Below are positions 18,801-27,701 of a DNA stretch of 51,263 nt, in pieces. This DNA comes from a phage, in the sequence record PZ452599.1, one strand, 5' to 3'. Position numbers and translations under genes: made by a program. Position 1 is the stretch's first letter. Each line of letters begins with the position of its first letter. Below the pieces are notes generated by a model, which ran no database searches, was not told the DNA's origin, and saw nothing but the letters and a program-made list of their open reading frames with translations.

Positions 18801-19475
18801 TCAGAAGCGCGTGCTCAGGCAGTTCAGCAGCTTGACGCTAAGTTTACGAAAGAGATAAACGACCTTGACGAAGTGATCAAAACCGAAGTCGAGGCTAACA
18901 TCTCAGAAGTGAAACAGGCGATCGCTAATGAGACAGAGGCAAGGGTTCAGGCCGACCAGTCTTTAACAGCTAAATTCGGAGACGTTGAGTCAGCACTAGC
19001 AGAAAAACTTGATTCGTGGGCTAACGTTGATTCGGTTGGCGCTAAGTACGCTATGAAATTGGGCCTTACTTACAAGGGGCAGAAGTACAGCGCAGGAATG
19101 GTAATGCAGCTATCGCAATCGTCGCAGGGGTTGATCTCACAAATCCTTTTCGATGCTAACAGGTTCGCGATCATGACTAGCTCTACTGGCGGTACGTTTA
19201 CATTGCCGTTTGTAGTAGAAAATAACCAGGTGTTTATCAACAGTTTGTTGGTGAAAAACGGGTCCATTACTAACGCAATGATTGGTAACGTGATTCAGTC
19301 AAATAACTTTGTTCAGAATCAGCAAGGATGGAGGCTTGATAAAAATGGTAACTTTGAGAACTACGGAACGAGAGCGGGAGAAGGAGCTACAAAATTCACT
19401 AACGAAGGCTTAAAAGTGAAAGATGCAAATGGACGATTGAGAGTTGAGATAGGGAGAATAACCGGAAGTTGGTAA
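15897..19475 (+). CDS. tail tip / central fiber protein (lambda gpJ-like host specificity protein)
   Basis: 1192 aa from ATG 15897; NPAWVLYDLV gpJ-like motif; C-terminal IANExEAR tandem repeats; followed by bidirectional terminator. Confidence 0.85.
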   Translation: MAKYMISGSKGGGQKPYVPKEMEDNLISINKIKVLLAVSDGECDPNFTLRDLYLDDVPVIASDGTVNYEGVTAEYRPGTQTQDYIQGFTDTSSEVTVSRDITADNPYVISVTNKNLSAIRIKILMPVGIKTEDNGDLVGVRVQYAVDMAVDGGSYNEVMRDVIDGKTRSGYDRSRRIDLPKFDERVLIRVKRLTPDSTSSKVTDKIKLQSYAEVVDAKFRYPLTGLVFVEFDSELFPTQIPNISIKKKWKIINVPSNYDPISREYHGSWDGTFKKAWSNNPAWVLYDLVTNQRYGLDQRELGIQIDKWSLYEAGVYCDQKVPDGKGGTEPRYLCDMVIQNQVEAYQLIRDICSIFRGMSFWNGESLSIVIDKPRDPSYVFTNENVINGDFQYTTASEKSMYTQCNVTFDDEQNMYQQDVEGVFDTEAALRFGYNPTSITAIGCTRRSEANRRGRWVLKTNLRSTTVNFATGLEGMIPSIGDVIAIADNFQSSNLTLNLSGRVMEVSGLQVFVPFKVDARPGDFIIINKPDGKPVKRTISKVSADGKTIELNIGFGFDVKPDTVFAIDRTDLALQQYVVTTISKGDDENEFTYSITAVEYDPNKYDEIDYGVNIDDRPTSIVQPDVMEAPENVQISSYSRVVQGVSVETMVVSWDKVPYASLYEMQWRKGDGNWLNTPQTANKEIEVEGIYSGNYQVRVRSVSASGNTSPWSKIATATLTGKVGEPGAPINLTASDNEVFGIRVKWGMPEGSGDTAYIELHQSPDGTVENSSLLTLIPYPQYEYWHSTLPAGQVVWYRIRSVDRIGNVSGWTDFVRGMASDDVESVLGDILDKIFDTEAGQEIKENAIDSANKIKDQAQSIIQNALANDADVKWTRVQNGKRKAEYGHALELIANETEARVTQIEELKASIDDDIVSSIKTVQEAIANEAETRATQVQQLDSKFTKEIDGVKRDTAASIGEVRQTIANESEARAQAVQQLDAKFTKEINDLDEVIKTEVEANISEVKQAIANETEARVQADQSLTAKFGDVESALAEKLDSWANVDSVGAKYAMKLGLTYKGQKYSAGMVMQLSQSSQGLISQILFDANRFAIMTSSTGGTFTLPFVVENNQVFINSLLVKNGSITNAMIGNVIQSNNFVQNQQGWRLDKNGNFENYGTRAGEGATKFTNEGLKVKDANGRLRVEIGRITGSW
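18560..18980 (+). repeat. imperfect tandem repeats of about 123 bp (3-4 units) inside gpJ-like gene
   Basis: Repeated IANE(T/A/S)EAR...QQLD(S/A)KFTKEI units; clearest pair near 18666-18740 and 18789-18863. Confidence 0.65.
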
Positions 19476-19509
19476 AAAAAAAGGGGGCATAGCCCCCTTT
19501 AATTTTAAT
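19474..19509. terminator. bidirectional intrinsic terminator between convergent gpJ-like gene and leftward operon
   Basis: A9, hairpin GGGGGC-ATA-GCCCCC, then T-rich run. Confidence 0.7.
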
Positions 19510-20119
19510 CATAATGTGATGAATTTATAACCAAAACAGATGAAGCCGTGTAAATACCAACAGGACCAGAAGTTTGTGCAACCTGCCTAGATAAAGAATA
19601 TACCCCGTTGCCATACGCGGCAGCTTGAGACTCAAATATCATGAATCCACCTAAAGACGGATTACGCACAGAGTTTAAAGCTGTTAGTGATGGCATGATG
19701 GCGCAAGGGTATCCCAAGTTAACGTCAAAAGTGATCCCGCTTACAGATACAAGTTTTGCATCCAAAGGCTTCATCTTTCCATGATAAACCATCTCACCAT
19801 TAGCATTATAAAAAGCTATTCCGTGACTACCAGGAGGAGTAACCATATTGCTAAAAGCATAAACAAATACCTCACCTTGATTGTCTGACTTTTCTATCTT
19901 TATTGCGTGCTTCCCACCATTATTAAACTGAGTAAATGCTATGTATGATTTTGATGTTAATCTTACAAAAAAGAAGCACGGTCTATTTATTGGTATAGAA
20001 GTATTAAAAACGGTTCCTGTTCTTGCTGATATTTTCCCTTTATCTATAAGGTTAACAGGAGTGAAATCTGGACTTAACCACAATGATCCGTCTGGTTTTT
20101 TTATGCTCATCCCGTACAT
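19505..20119 (-). CDS. hypothetical protein; candidate receptor-binding protein (two-repeat)
   Basis: 204 aa from ATG 20119 (GGGGG 6 nt upstream); contains two copies of a ~60-100 aa unit also found in the upstream gene; lies between gpJ-like gene and Cor-like lipoprotein. Confidence 0.35.
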   Translation of the reverse strand: MYGMSIKKPDGSLWLSPDFTPVNLIDKGKISARTGTVFNTSIPINRPCFFFVRLTSKSYIAFTQFNNGGKHAIKIEKSDNQGEVFVYAFSNMVTPPGSHGIAFYNANGEMVYHGKMKPLDAKLVSVSGITFDVNLGYPCAIMPSLTALNSVRNPSLGGFMIFESQAAAYGNGVYSLSRQVAQTSGPVGIYTASSVLVINSSHYD

Positions 20120-20121
20120 TA

Positions 20122-20400
20122 TTACCCCCAAAAAGTATATATATATCTTGAGTCAGATCCAGAAAGTCCGCTCCATGTAACAGTATCACCGCTTACACCT
20201 AAACTTGGAGCGCCAGGATCTCCTCCGCGCCACGAACTCATTCCAACATATATTGCTTTCAACGACTTACCTGGCGGCCTGTTTGAGTAGGTCTTACTGC
20301 CAGATGATTGAGTAAATTTATCCAAGAAAAAAACTGGAGTTAAAAGGCCAGTAACATTTCTACCTTGCTCATCATATATTGCATACCCATATTCAGCCAT
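20122..20400 (-). CDS. hypothetical protein; candidate receptor-binding locus component
   Basis: 92 aa; GAGGTG RBS; start overlaps lipoprotein stop; YGYAIYDEQG motif repeated in downstream gene. Confidence 0.35.
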   Translation of the reverse strand: MAEYGYAIYDEQGRNVTGLLTPVFFLDKFTQSSGSKTYSNRPPGKSLKAIYVGMSSWRGGDPGAPSLGVSGDTVTWSGLSGSDSRYIYTFWG

Positions 20401-20674
20401 TTTTGCACCTCAAATCAATGAATTTTCTTTCATCTTGCCAACGGTTGATAAATTTAACTTCTTTATTGTCAACGCTCAACCTGTATTGCTTTTGGCTGAA
20501 TCTGTTTTCGCGGACAGCATTAATTTTAACTTCATGGAATCCGTTAACAGGGAATGTTTTAACGTTAAATTTTGCCGTGCAATCGATCTCCTTGAAGTTA
20601 CCAGTAGGCGAATAAGAACATCCGGTCAGAGCGGCTACGGTGGATATAACTGCGATTAATTTTTTCATCTTCAA
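20393..20674 (-). CDS. outer-membrane lipoprotein, Cor/Llp-like superinfection exclusion candidate
   Basis: 93 aa; signal peptide with lipobox LTGC (MKMKKLIAVISTVAALTGC); first gene of leftward operon driven by a motif-type promoter. Confidence 0.55.
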   Translation of the reverse strand: MKMKKLIAVISTVAALTGCSYSPTGNFKEIDCTAKFNVKTFPVNGFHEVKINAVRENRFSQKQYRLSVDNKEVKFINRWQDERKFIDLRCKNG

Positions 20675-20699
20675 TACCCCTTAGTTGTTGTTGGCTGTA

Positions 20700-20743
20700 A
20701 CTATACACGATCCGGCAAGCCGAGTTTAGCAAAAAGTGCTACT
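20700..20743 (-). promoter_or_regulatory. motif-type promoter (variant GTAGCACTTTTTGCTAAAC plus TATAGT) for lipoprotein operon
   Basis: Motif reverse-complemented on + strand at 20725-20743; -10-like hexamer 18-19 nt downstream on the - strand. Confidence 0.45.
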
Positions 20744-21112
20744 TGTTATTTTTTGTTTTCAGGTGTTATCGGATTTAAGACGGCGTAAATTTAGCGCAAA
20801 TTTTAACCAACATAAGAACAATAAATAATCAATAAAATAGGTATATACATATAAAATCAATAGTTTATTTATTTATGTATGTGTATTTGTTTTTTCTTGT
20901 TATCTGTGTTTCTTGTGGTTTTGGTTGTTTGTGGTGATTTTTCTTTCTGAGTATCTGTGTGTGCCATCATTCATGTGTATGTATATAATCCTGCGTATCT
21001 GAGAGAACAGAGGAACAAGAAAAATAACACATATTAATCATTAATTTACGTGTCAGATTTGTTTTCTTGTCATCTGAGAACGTTTAGAAAACAGAAAAAA
21101 ACAAAACAACTA

Positions 21113-21140
21113 TTGACTAAATCAACCAAATGGCTACAAT
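21113..21140 (+). promoter_or_regulatory. sigma70-like promoter (TTGACT, 16 nt spacer, TACAAT) for the recombination operon
   Basis: Hexamers at 21113-21118 and 21135-21140, about 30 nt upstream of the RBS of gene 21171; A-rich GAACAAGAAAAA box upstream. Confidence 0.55.
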
Positions 21141-21170
21141 GCACACACAAAGCAACGAGGAGCATTAAAG

Positions 21171-22226
21171 ATGAGTGATTTTAACGCCTATACTAGCGAA
21201 GAAATGAGCAATGAGCTTTATCATGATCCTAACGCGTGGACGGCTGAATACGTCAGCGGTTCCAGCCTGGCGGAGATTTACAGCACTTGCCCTGCGTACT
21301 GGAAGTACAAGCCTCGCCAGGAAACCAAAGCACTTGTTTTCGGTACGCAGTCGCATACCAATTTTGAAAGCAAGGAGTTATTCGAAAAAACATATCGCCG
21401 CGCACCGTCGCAGGATGATTTTAAAGATCTGATCACAAGTCAAACGGCGTTGGCCTCAAAGCTGAAATCTTTTGGCCTGAAAGGTACAACGGGTAAGCAA
21501 TACCCCGAATTGCTGGAAATGCTGTACAAGTGCGGTGAGGATCTCAATGTATGGTGGCTTATCGAAATGATGGCAGAATGCCAGGCCGCAGCGGAAGGCG
21601 TGCAGTTAATCGACGCGAAAGATTATGATGCCTGTGTAGCGATGCGGCGCGTACTTGAGGCAATACCTGAGCATAATGCTTGCATGAATAGCCCAACCGC
21701 GCAGCGTGAAATGTCAATATTCGGGATCATCAATGGCGTAAAAGTTAAAGTGCGCCTTGATCACGTTGACGTAAACAAGGATGTAAAGGCCACAATCATT
21801 AACGGTTACGACGAAAAAGGCCGACCTATTTATGAAGAAGTCATCTATCCAGAAGCTGTGATTATAACTGACTATAAAACAACGGTTAGCGCAAATCCGG
21901 TTGACTTCCAGCGTCTGGCTTACAATCACGGCTATTATCTCAAAATGGCTTTGCAACATGATTTATTCAAAAAGGCGTATCCAGACGAGGAAAGACCAGT
22001 AATTGTGAGATTGCTTGCTCAAGAGAAGAAAGAGCCTTACTTGCCGCTCGCATTCCGAATGAACATTGAGCAATTGAAGATCGGGCGTATCCAGTACATG
22101 AGCGTGATCAACAAGTTCAACGTTTGCCAACAGTTAGATGAATGGCCTTCGTATGCAAACGGACAACCAGAAATTGATCTTGATACTCCTGATTGGGTGC
22201 GCGCTCAATTCAGGCAGTATCTATAA
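21171..22226 (+). CDS. putative recombination exonuclease (PD-(D/E)XK superfamily)
   Basis: 351 aa; GAGGAG RBS; RLDHVD...IITDYKTT nuclease-like motifs; first gene after a sigma70-like promoter; upstream of Erf-like and SSB genes. Confidence 0.55.
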   Translation: MSDFNAYTSEEMSNELYHDPNAWTAEYVSGSSLAEIYSTCPAYWKYKPRQETKALVFGTQSHTNFESKELFEKTYRRAPSQDDFKDLITSQTALASKLKSFGLKGTTGKQYPELLEMLYKCGEDLNVWWLIEMMAECQAAAEGVQLIDAKDYDACVAMRRVLEAIPEHNACMNSPTAQREMSIFGIINGVKVKVRLDHVDVNKDVKATIINGYDEKGRPIYEEVIYPEAVIITDYKTTVSANPVDFQRLAYNHGYYLKMALQHDLFKKAYPDEERPVIVRLLAQEKKEPYLPLAFRMNIEQLKIGRIQYMSVINKFNVCQQLDEWPSYANGQPEIDLDTPDWVRAQFRQYL

Positions 22227-22301
22227 CAAACTAAACAAATAGCTAAACTTTTATAATGGTTGGTGATATAATTCGCCAACCAGATAACAGGAGAATGAGA
22301 A

Positions 22302-22559
22302 ATGACAGACAAAGACAATGCCACATTATTGCATTTAGAACGATTCATTGATCGAGTAACTATTGCAATGAAAGAATTTATTAAGCCGATGAACATTAAA
22401 GAGTCGGAAGAAATGAAGACTTACATCAAGGACGTGGTTGCATCCATTGACAACGTTATCCTTGTTGCAACGATGAGCAAGGGAAACAAAGAGCGCGAGA
22501 GGTTGGTTACTGAATCAACAGAAGAATTTATTAAAATGATTGAAAGCGAGAAGGAATAA
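22302..22559 (+). CDS. hypothetical protein
   Basis: 85 aa; AGGAG RBS 9 nt upstream. Confidence 0.5.
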   Translation: MTDKDNATLLHLERFIDRVTIAMKEFIKPMNIKESEEMKTYIKDVVASIDNVILVATMSKGNKERERLVTESTEEFIKMIESEKE

Positions 22560-23216
<657 letters not shown>

Positions 23217-23221
23217 TAAAC

Positions 23222-23243
23222 GGGGCGCTTGCGCCCCTTTTGT
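23222..23243 (+). terminator. intrinsic terminator / attenuator between Erf-like and ssb
   Basis: Hairpin GGGGCGC-TTG-CGCCCC followed by TTTT. Confidence 0.5.
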
Positions 23244-23259
23244 CATAGGAGAAAACAAA

Positions 23260-23712
23260 ATGCACGTTATTACAGGTGAGATCAGAAAAGAGCCAAAGGT
23301 AAAGCAAATGCCTAACGGCAGCACGCTATATGTTGTTGAGCTTTCCGAGCGATACAAAGACCGAGAGGGAAATTGGCAGTATACAAACTATGTGTTTTTC
23401 TTTAACGCGAAAACAGACGGCCTGAATGGTTGGTATGCTGAGGCTTTCCAAGTAGGAAAGGTTATTTCTGTTTCCTGCGATACCTTGCGAGTTGAAACGC
23501 GAGAATACAACGGAAAGATTTACAGCACCGTGCAGCCTGGCGGATTTGCAAACCTGCTATTTAGCCAGCGCGGAGAAAGCCAGCAACAATATCAGCAGCG
23601 AACGCAAGGAGGCTGGGGGCAACCACAACAGCAACAGCAACAAAATACTCAACAGCAGCCACAGCAAAGCAATCAGCCGCCGATTGACTTTGACGATGAT
23701 ATACCATTCTAA
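23260..23712 (+). CDS. ssb: single-stranded DNA-binding protein
   Basis: 150 aa from ATG 23260 (GGAG RBS); Q/P-rich linker and canonical acidic tail DFDDDIPF. Confidence 0.85.
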   Translation: MHVITGEIRKEPKVKQMPNGSTLYVVELSERYKDREGNWQYTNYVFFFNAKTDGLNGWYAEAFQVGKVISVSCDTLRVETREYNGKIYSTVQPGGFANLLFSQRGESQQQYQQRTQGGWGQPQQQQQQNTQQQPQQSNQPPIDFDDDIPF

Positions 23713-23715
23713 TAA

Positions 23716-23748
23716 CAAAAAGCCCCGCATATGCGGGGCATTTTTATT
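23716..23748. terminator. bidirectional intrinsic terminator between ssb and lateral fiber gene
   Basis: A-run, hairpin GCCCCGC-ATAT-GCGGGGC, T-run. Confidence 0.7.
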
Positions 23749-26047
23749 TGAGATCAACAAGTTTTGCAACCATCGACTTTAATTCGTCAACCTCACTTCT
23801 TAGCGATCGCAATTCCTCCTCCTGCTCTTTGCAAACTTGCAATATGTATGCAGTTACCGCTGAGTAGTCAACTTGTAGAAATCTTTCCTTCCCAATAAGT
23901 TCGCTACCGTCTTTTGTTGGGCCATGCAATTGCTGATAATCCTCAAAAGAACTAATAGCCTCCGGCACAACCTCCATGATCTCTTGAGCTATAACTCCAG
24001 CATAAGGCATACCATCTTTCTTTAACGTGTATGTATACCCACTAACTTTCTCAAGACCTAGCCTTGCATTTTCAATTGGTTTAATGTCAGTTTTCAAATC
24101 TCTGTCTGACCCATGGTTAAATGCTGTTGCGTTCACAGGTCCGTTAACTTGCAGGTGTTTAGAGTTATTTGAGTTTAACTGAGCATAGAACACCCATCCA
24201 GGGCCGTTATCGAAACCCCACTCAATAACCGACTGACGATCTGACCCGTTGCCCCACAACTTGAAGGTTGCCGGGTGTGACGAGTTGCCATCGTTCAGCA
24301 TTTTGAAATACTTACCACTCGGTCGGTCTATCTCCAAACTCGCCGCCTGTACATATGCTTTCCCCGCGAAATTCTTAGTTCCGAGTACGACGCCGTCGGT
24401 GATCAATTCAACCCTAGAAGACGTGATGTCGTTCAGAAACAGGGCGCTCGTTCCGGTGTCCTTCCCTAAAAACCAAAGACGTGTGCCTGCGGAGTTGTAC
24501 CCTGTTACATGCAGTGGTTGGTTGTTTGTTGACGCTGTTCCGTCGATACGAAAACCGCCATTGGCTGTTGTAACTTTAAGGCTGGGTACGGTCATAGCGA
24601 ATGCGCCACTGGCCGCAAGGCCGTTATACGCGATCAGCTTGTTGTCATACGCAAACTCACCATTGTCGCGCATTTGTAGCGCTTTCTGCGACGTCCTGTT
24701 GCGAATGCCAACATCAGATCCGCCAACAAACATCTCAACAATTCTAGACCCGCTTTTAGCTCTTACATAAGCATTAAATTCAGGAGACGACCCCGCGTTA
24801 TACAACTCGTACCATTGCGACCAGTTGCCAGTAGCAGCGTTACTAAGCCATCGCATAAAACGACGCCCGCTGCTGAATGTTGTATACGTCTGTATGCAGC
24901 TTTTAGGATCGTTAGCGCCAGTGCGCTGAACAAGTAGGCAGCCTGCCGCCTGAATGGGATAATTACGCTCCGGCGTTGCGCTGGCAGACGTGCTAGTATA
25001 ATAAAATCCAGCCTTATCGCCCTGAAGAACGTTAAGATCTTCGCTTACCAACGATGCCTGTCGCTCGTGCATTGCCTGAAGGTTTTTTCTCGCGCCCTGG
25101 TCGTTCGATGCGCCTGTCCCGCCGTCCCCGATCGCCACGTCACCGTTAGCACCCAGCTTCGCCAGTTCAATGGCGCCCACATTTCCAGATGAGCCGTTAA
25201 TCGCGGCATTGTTTCCAGCGAAAACCTTCACGCGAGATGTCTGGTAGTCAACGTTAAACGCAAAAAATGTGTCACCAGCCCCGCCGCACACCCCTGGACC
25301 ATACCTGAACGGCGTCATATCGCCAGAAGGGAACTGCGTAATATCATCGACGCGCCAGAATCCTCCTTTGACAGTATCGCGCAACCGCTTGAGCATATCC
25401 CTTACGCCAGTCGGCGCAGGTAATGTTACACCCGCATACGGCACTCTATTTTGAGCTTCTGAACTTTCAGCAGCAGCCGCTGCGCGATCAGCTTCTGTTT
25501 TAGCCTTGTTTGCACTGTTTGCAGCATTAGTTTCAGATGTTTTGGCGTTTGTCTCAGAAGTCTTCGCGGCACTAGCCGAGTTAGCAGCATTAGTTTCCGA
25601 TGTTTTAGCGTTTGTCTCAGAAGTCTTCGCAGCGCTGGCGCTTTGTTTTGCTGATTCAGCGCCTTGTTTCACCTGATTTACAAGATCTTTCAACCCATCA
25701 AGATCGAAATCTTTAAAAAATTCAAGTGCGTCAGCGATCTCCGTTTCCTTGCTTTGATAGTAACGCAGTGTTTCCGCTACGTCCTGCGCCAGCCCGTCAA
25801 CCGTTAACGAGTCATGAAGCAAGATCAGGTAATTTGTCTTTTGGACTACCGCGCCGCCAGTAGTAATTGCGCGAATGCTTGTATCGCTAATCACCTCTGT
25901 AATCACAGCAGCTTGCAAAGGTTGAGTAAGAAAGAAAATAGTTGCACCTGGGCGAATCAATGTTAATTGCTCACGCCATTTTGTATCGTAACCAGTTACA
26001 TAACCTTGCGCGTCCATAGACGCTTGGCCTTGTCTGTAAATCGCCAT
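23744..26047 (-). CDS. lateral tail fiber with C-terminal intramolecular chaperone (S74-like) domain
   Basis: 767 aa from ATG 26047 (GGAGG RBS); tandem [22 protein letters not shown] repeat; C-terminal [13 protein letters not shown] with [11 protein letters not shown]...VDYSAV resembling auto-cleaving chaperone domains of tail fibers. Confidence 0.7.
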   Translation of the reverse strand: MAIYRQGQASMDAQGYVTGYDTKWREQLTLIRPGATIFFLTQPLQAAVITEVISDTSIRAITTGGAVVQKTNYLILLHDSLTVDGLAQDVAETLRYYQSKETEIADALEFFKDFDLDGLKDLVNQVKQGAESAKQSASAAKTSETNAKTSETNAANSASAAKTSETNAKTSETNAANSANKAKTEADRAAAAAESSEAQNRVPYAGVTLPAPTGVRDMLKRLRDTVKGGFWRVDDITQFPSGDMTPFRYGPGVCGGAGDTFFAFNVDYQTSRVKVFAGNNAAINGSSGNVGAIELAKLGANGDVAIGDGGTGASNDQGARKNLQAMHERQASLVSEDLNVLQGDKAGFYYTSTSASATPERNYPIQAAGCLLVQRTGANDPKSCIQTYTTFSSGRRFMRWLSNAATGNWSQWYELYNAGSSPEFNAYVRAKSGSRIVEMFVGGSDVGIRNRTSQKALQMRDNGEFAYDNKLIAYNGLAASGAFAMTVPSLKVTTANGGFRIDGTASTNNQPLHVTGYNSAGTRLWFLGKDTGTSALFLNDITSSRVELITDGVVLGTKNFAGKAYVQAASLEIDRPSGKYFKMLNDGNSSHPATFKLWGNGSDRQSVIEWGFDNGPGWVFYAQLNSNNSKHLQVNGPVNATAFNHGSDRDLKTDIKPIENARLGLEKVSGYTYTLKKDGMPYAGVIAQEIMEVVPEAISSFEDYQQLHGPTKDGSELIGKERFLQVDYSAVTAYILQVCKEQEEELRSLRSEVDELKSMVAKLVDLK
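25521..25646 (-). repeat. tandem 63-bp direct repeat (2 copies) inside lateral fiber gene
   Basis: 25521-25583 and 25584-25646 are about 90 percent identical; encode [22 protein letters not shown] twice. Confidence 0.8.
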
Positions 26048-26065
26048 TTGTAAAATCCTCCTAAA

Positions 26066-26097
26066 TAGCACTTTTTGCTAATGACAATGCAGATAAT
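26066..26097 (+). promoter_or_regulatory. motif copy (variant TAGCACTTTTTGCTAATGAC) adjacent to lateral fiber start
   Basis: Plus-oriented copy whose reverse complement abuts the fiber RBS; GATAAT at 26092-26097; direction of action unresolved. Confidence 0.35.
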
Positions 26098-26112
26098 AGC
26101 ATTTTCAAGTGT

Positions 26113-26138
26113 AAAAAAAAACCCCGCATAAGCGGGGC
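26113..26138 (-). terminator. intrinsic terminator after primase gene
   Basis: Hairpin CCCCGC-ATAA-GCGGGG preceded on + strand by A9 (T-run on - strand). Confidence 0.6.
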
Positions 26139-26153
26139 AATACTAGCGGAGTT

Positions 26154-27083
26154 TTATAGCAGTGATTCAGGCTTGTAGATTTTTCTTTCTACACCCTGTT
26201 TAAAATTATCGTTAACAGGCATCATTATGTCAAGCCCTCTTTCCTCTGCCGCGATTATCACATCACGATCATCTTTCCGGCAGACTACGCGCATCCTTCT
26301 TTCTCCTTTATATCTATGCGCAACCATTTCAAGATTTGAAGGAGTAAAGCAAGCCCACACCTCTTGACCAGTTGATAAATGAACATGCTGGGAATCAACC
26401 CAATCAAGGCACAAATAGATCGTCTTATCCGTGCTACCTGTTTTAACAACAGATCCGCGCGTGTAGTCGCGAGCTAAAAACCAATCCTTTCCATCCTCAT
26501 CAATGAAAAGCACGTTACACATTTCATCATCCAGCCCGTCATCATGCACCAGGTGACAAGGTAGCGCGTGAATGTATCGACCATCCTTGACGCCGCAATC
26601 ATAATGACAATCTTCCGGCGGATATATCCCCTCATAAACGCTTAAGGGTGTGCGATCGAATTTTAATGTTTTTGCCATCACTTTTTCGCAGCATTCATGA
26701 CTTGCCTGTTTCCCGAACGAGTAGCCAGAAGAACGTGAAGCGCGTTTGTTTGCTCTGATCCTGTAATCCTGCGGCACTTTGCCGAGGAAGCGGCCCAAAA
26801 TGTTGATGGCCTCGCTGTAAGGTTCGCCAGTCAATTTCATTAACCAACCGATTCCAGTGTCGTTACCGCACACGTTGCAGATCGCGCCGCCGTCGCCCTC
26901 TTCGTTTAGCTTATCAGTCCATCTAAAACGATCCTTACCGCCGCAGTGTGGGCAAGGCTGATGCTTTTTGTTGAAAACATCGCTATGCAGTCCGCAAATG
27001 CTTTGTAGCGCTTCACGCCATAACCCCTTCATATATGGCAAAACATCTTCTTTCTGATAGGTCATAAAGTTTTCAGTATTCAT
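26154..27083 (-). CDS. DNA primase (zinc-ribbon plus TOPRIM-like)
   Basis: 309 aa from ATG 27083 (GAGG RBS); CPHCGG...CNVCG zinc ribbon; acidic TOPRIM-like C-terminal region. Confidence 0.6.
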   Translation of the reverse strand: MNTENFMTYQKEDVLPYMKGLWREALQSICGLHSDVFNKKHQPCPHCGGKDRFRWTDKLNEEGDGGAICNVCGNDTGIGWLMKLTGEPYSEAINILGRFLGKVPQDYRIRANKRASRSSGYSFGKQASHECCEKVMAKTLKFDRTPLSVYEGIYPPEDCHYDCGVKDGRYIHALPCHLVHDDGLDDEMCNVLFIDEDGKDWFLARDYTRGSVVKTGSTDKTIYLCLDWVDSQHVHLSTGQEVWACFTPSNLEMVAHRYKGERRMRVVCRKDDRDVIIAAEERGLDIMMPVNDNFKQGVERKIYKPESLL

Positions 27084-27137
27084 GGCAAACCTCAATAAAA
27101 AGCCCAGCAAATATTATCATTTCGCTGGGCCTTATCA

Positions 27138-27614
27138 TTAGCTATTCGTGCTGTTATCACCTTTGTAGAATCGTCCGCCTGGTTCGTAGTCTGAATTTTT
27201 GACTACGCGCAACATTTCGTATTTGTCGCAACGGGTAGTAAGTGGCTTGCCGTTAGAGTCAAACCGCAGATCTGGACGACAAAATGATGCGCGGTATCCT
27301 TTGCATCCATTATATTTGTAGTCGTTATGCACCTTTTGTGCTCCGGAGGCTGAAATCATACCACGCTTTCGCCATTGGTTAACGACTTGCTGAGATACGC
27401 GCAGACGTCGAGCCATAGCAGGAACACCGCCGTAATACTCGATCAGAATGTCAAGGCGAGATTTCAGGCTTGCTTTTACCTCATCTCGCAGGATAAGAAA
27501 TCCGGTTCGGTGTTTTCGTGGCTTTTTGTCTTTACCTCTTCGCGTTCCGTTGTTACCGTTAATAGTGCGCTTGTCGATCTCACCCGTAGACACTGCAATT
27601 CGTGCATCTTTCAT
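27138..27614 (-). CDS. putative HTH DNA-binding protein
   Basis: 158 aa; GAGGTG RBS; central helix-turn-helix-like segment ARRLRVSQQVVNQWRKRG; start abuts a motif copy. Confidence 0.45.
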   Translation of the reverse strand: MKDARIAVSTGEIDKRTINGNNGTRRGKDKKPRKHRTGFLILRDEVKASLKSRLDILIEYYGGVPAMARRLRVSQQVVNQWRKRGMISASGAQKVHNDYKYNGCKGYRASFCRPDLRFDSNGKPLTTRCDKYEMLRVVKNSDYEPGGRFYKGDNSTNS

Positions 27615-27626
27615 CTAGTCACCTCA

Positions 27627-27669
27627 TAGCATTTTTTGTTAAAACAGTTTATTGTAATGAGTCTATTAT
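27627..27669 (+). promoter_or_regulatory. motif-type promoter for helicase operon in divergent region
   Basis: TAGCATTTTTTGTTAAAAC at 27627-27645, 18-nt spacer, TATTAT 27664-27669; the same motif abuts the RBS of divergent gene 27138-27614. Confidence 0.5.
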
Positions 27670-27701
27670 ATACTCCAAATGGCATTTTTTAAAGGTTTAA
27701 G

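Noticed and set aside
20675-21170. tRNA or integrase / attP in the two large non-coding regions (also 41294-41888)
   Set aside because: No cloverleaf-compatible sequence with conserved tRNA positions was seen; no integrase, excisionase or repressor gene is present anywhere in the window, consistent with a virulent phage.
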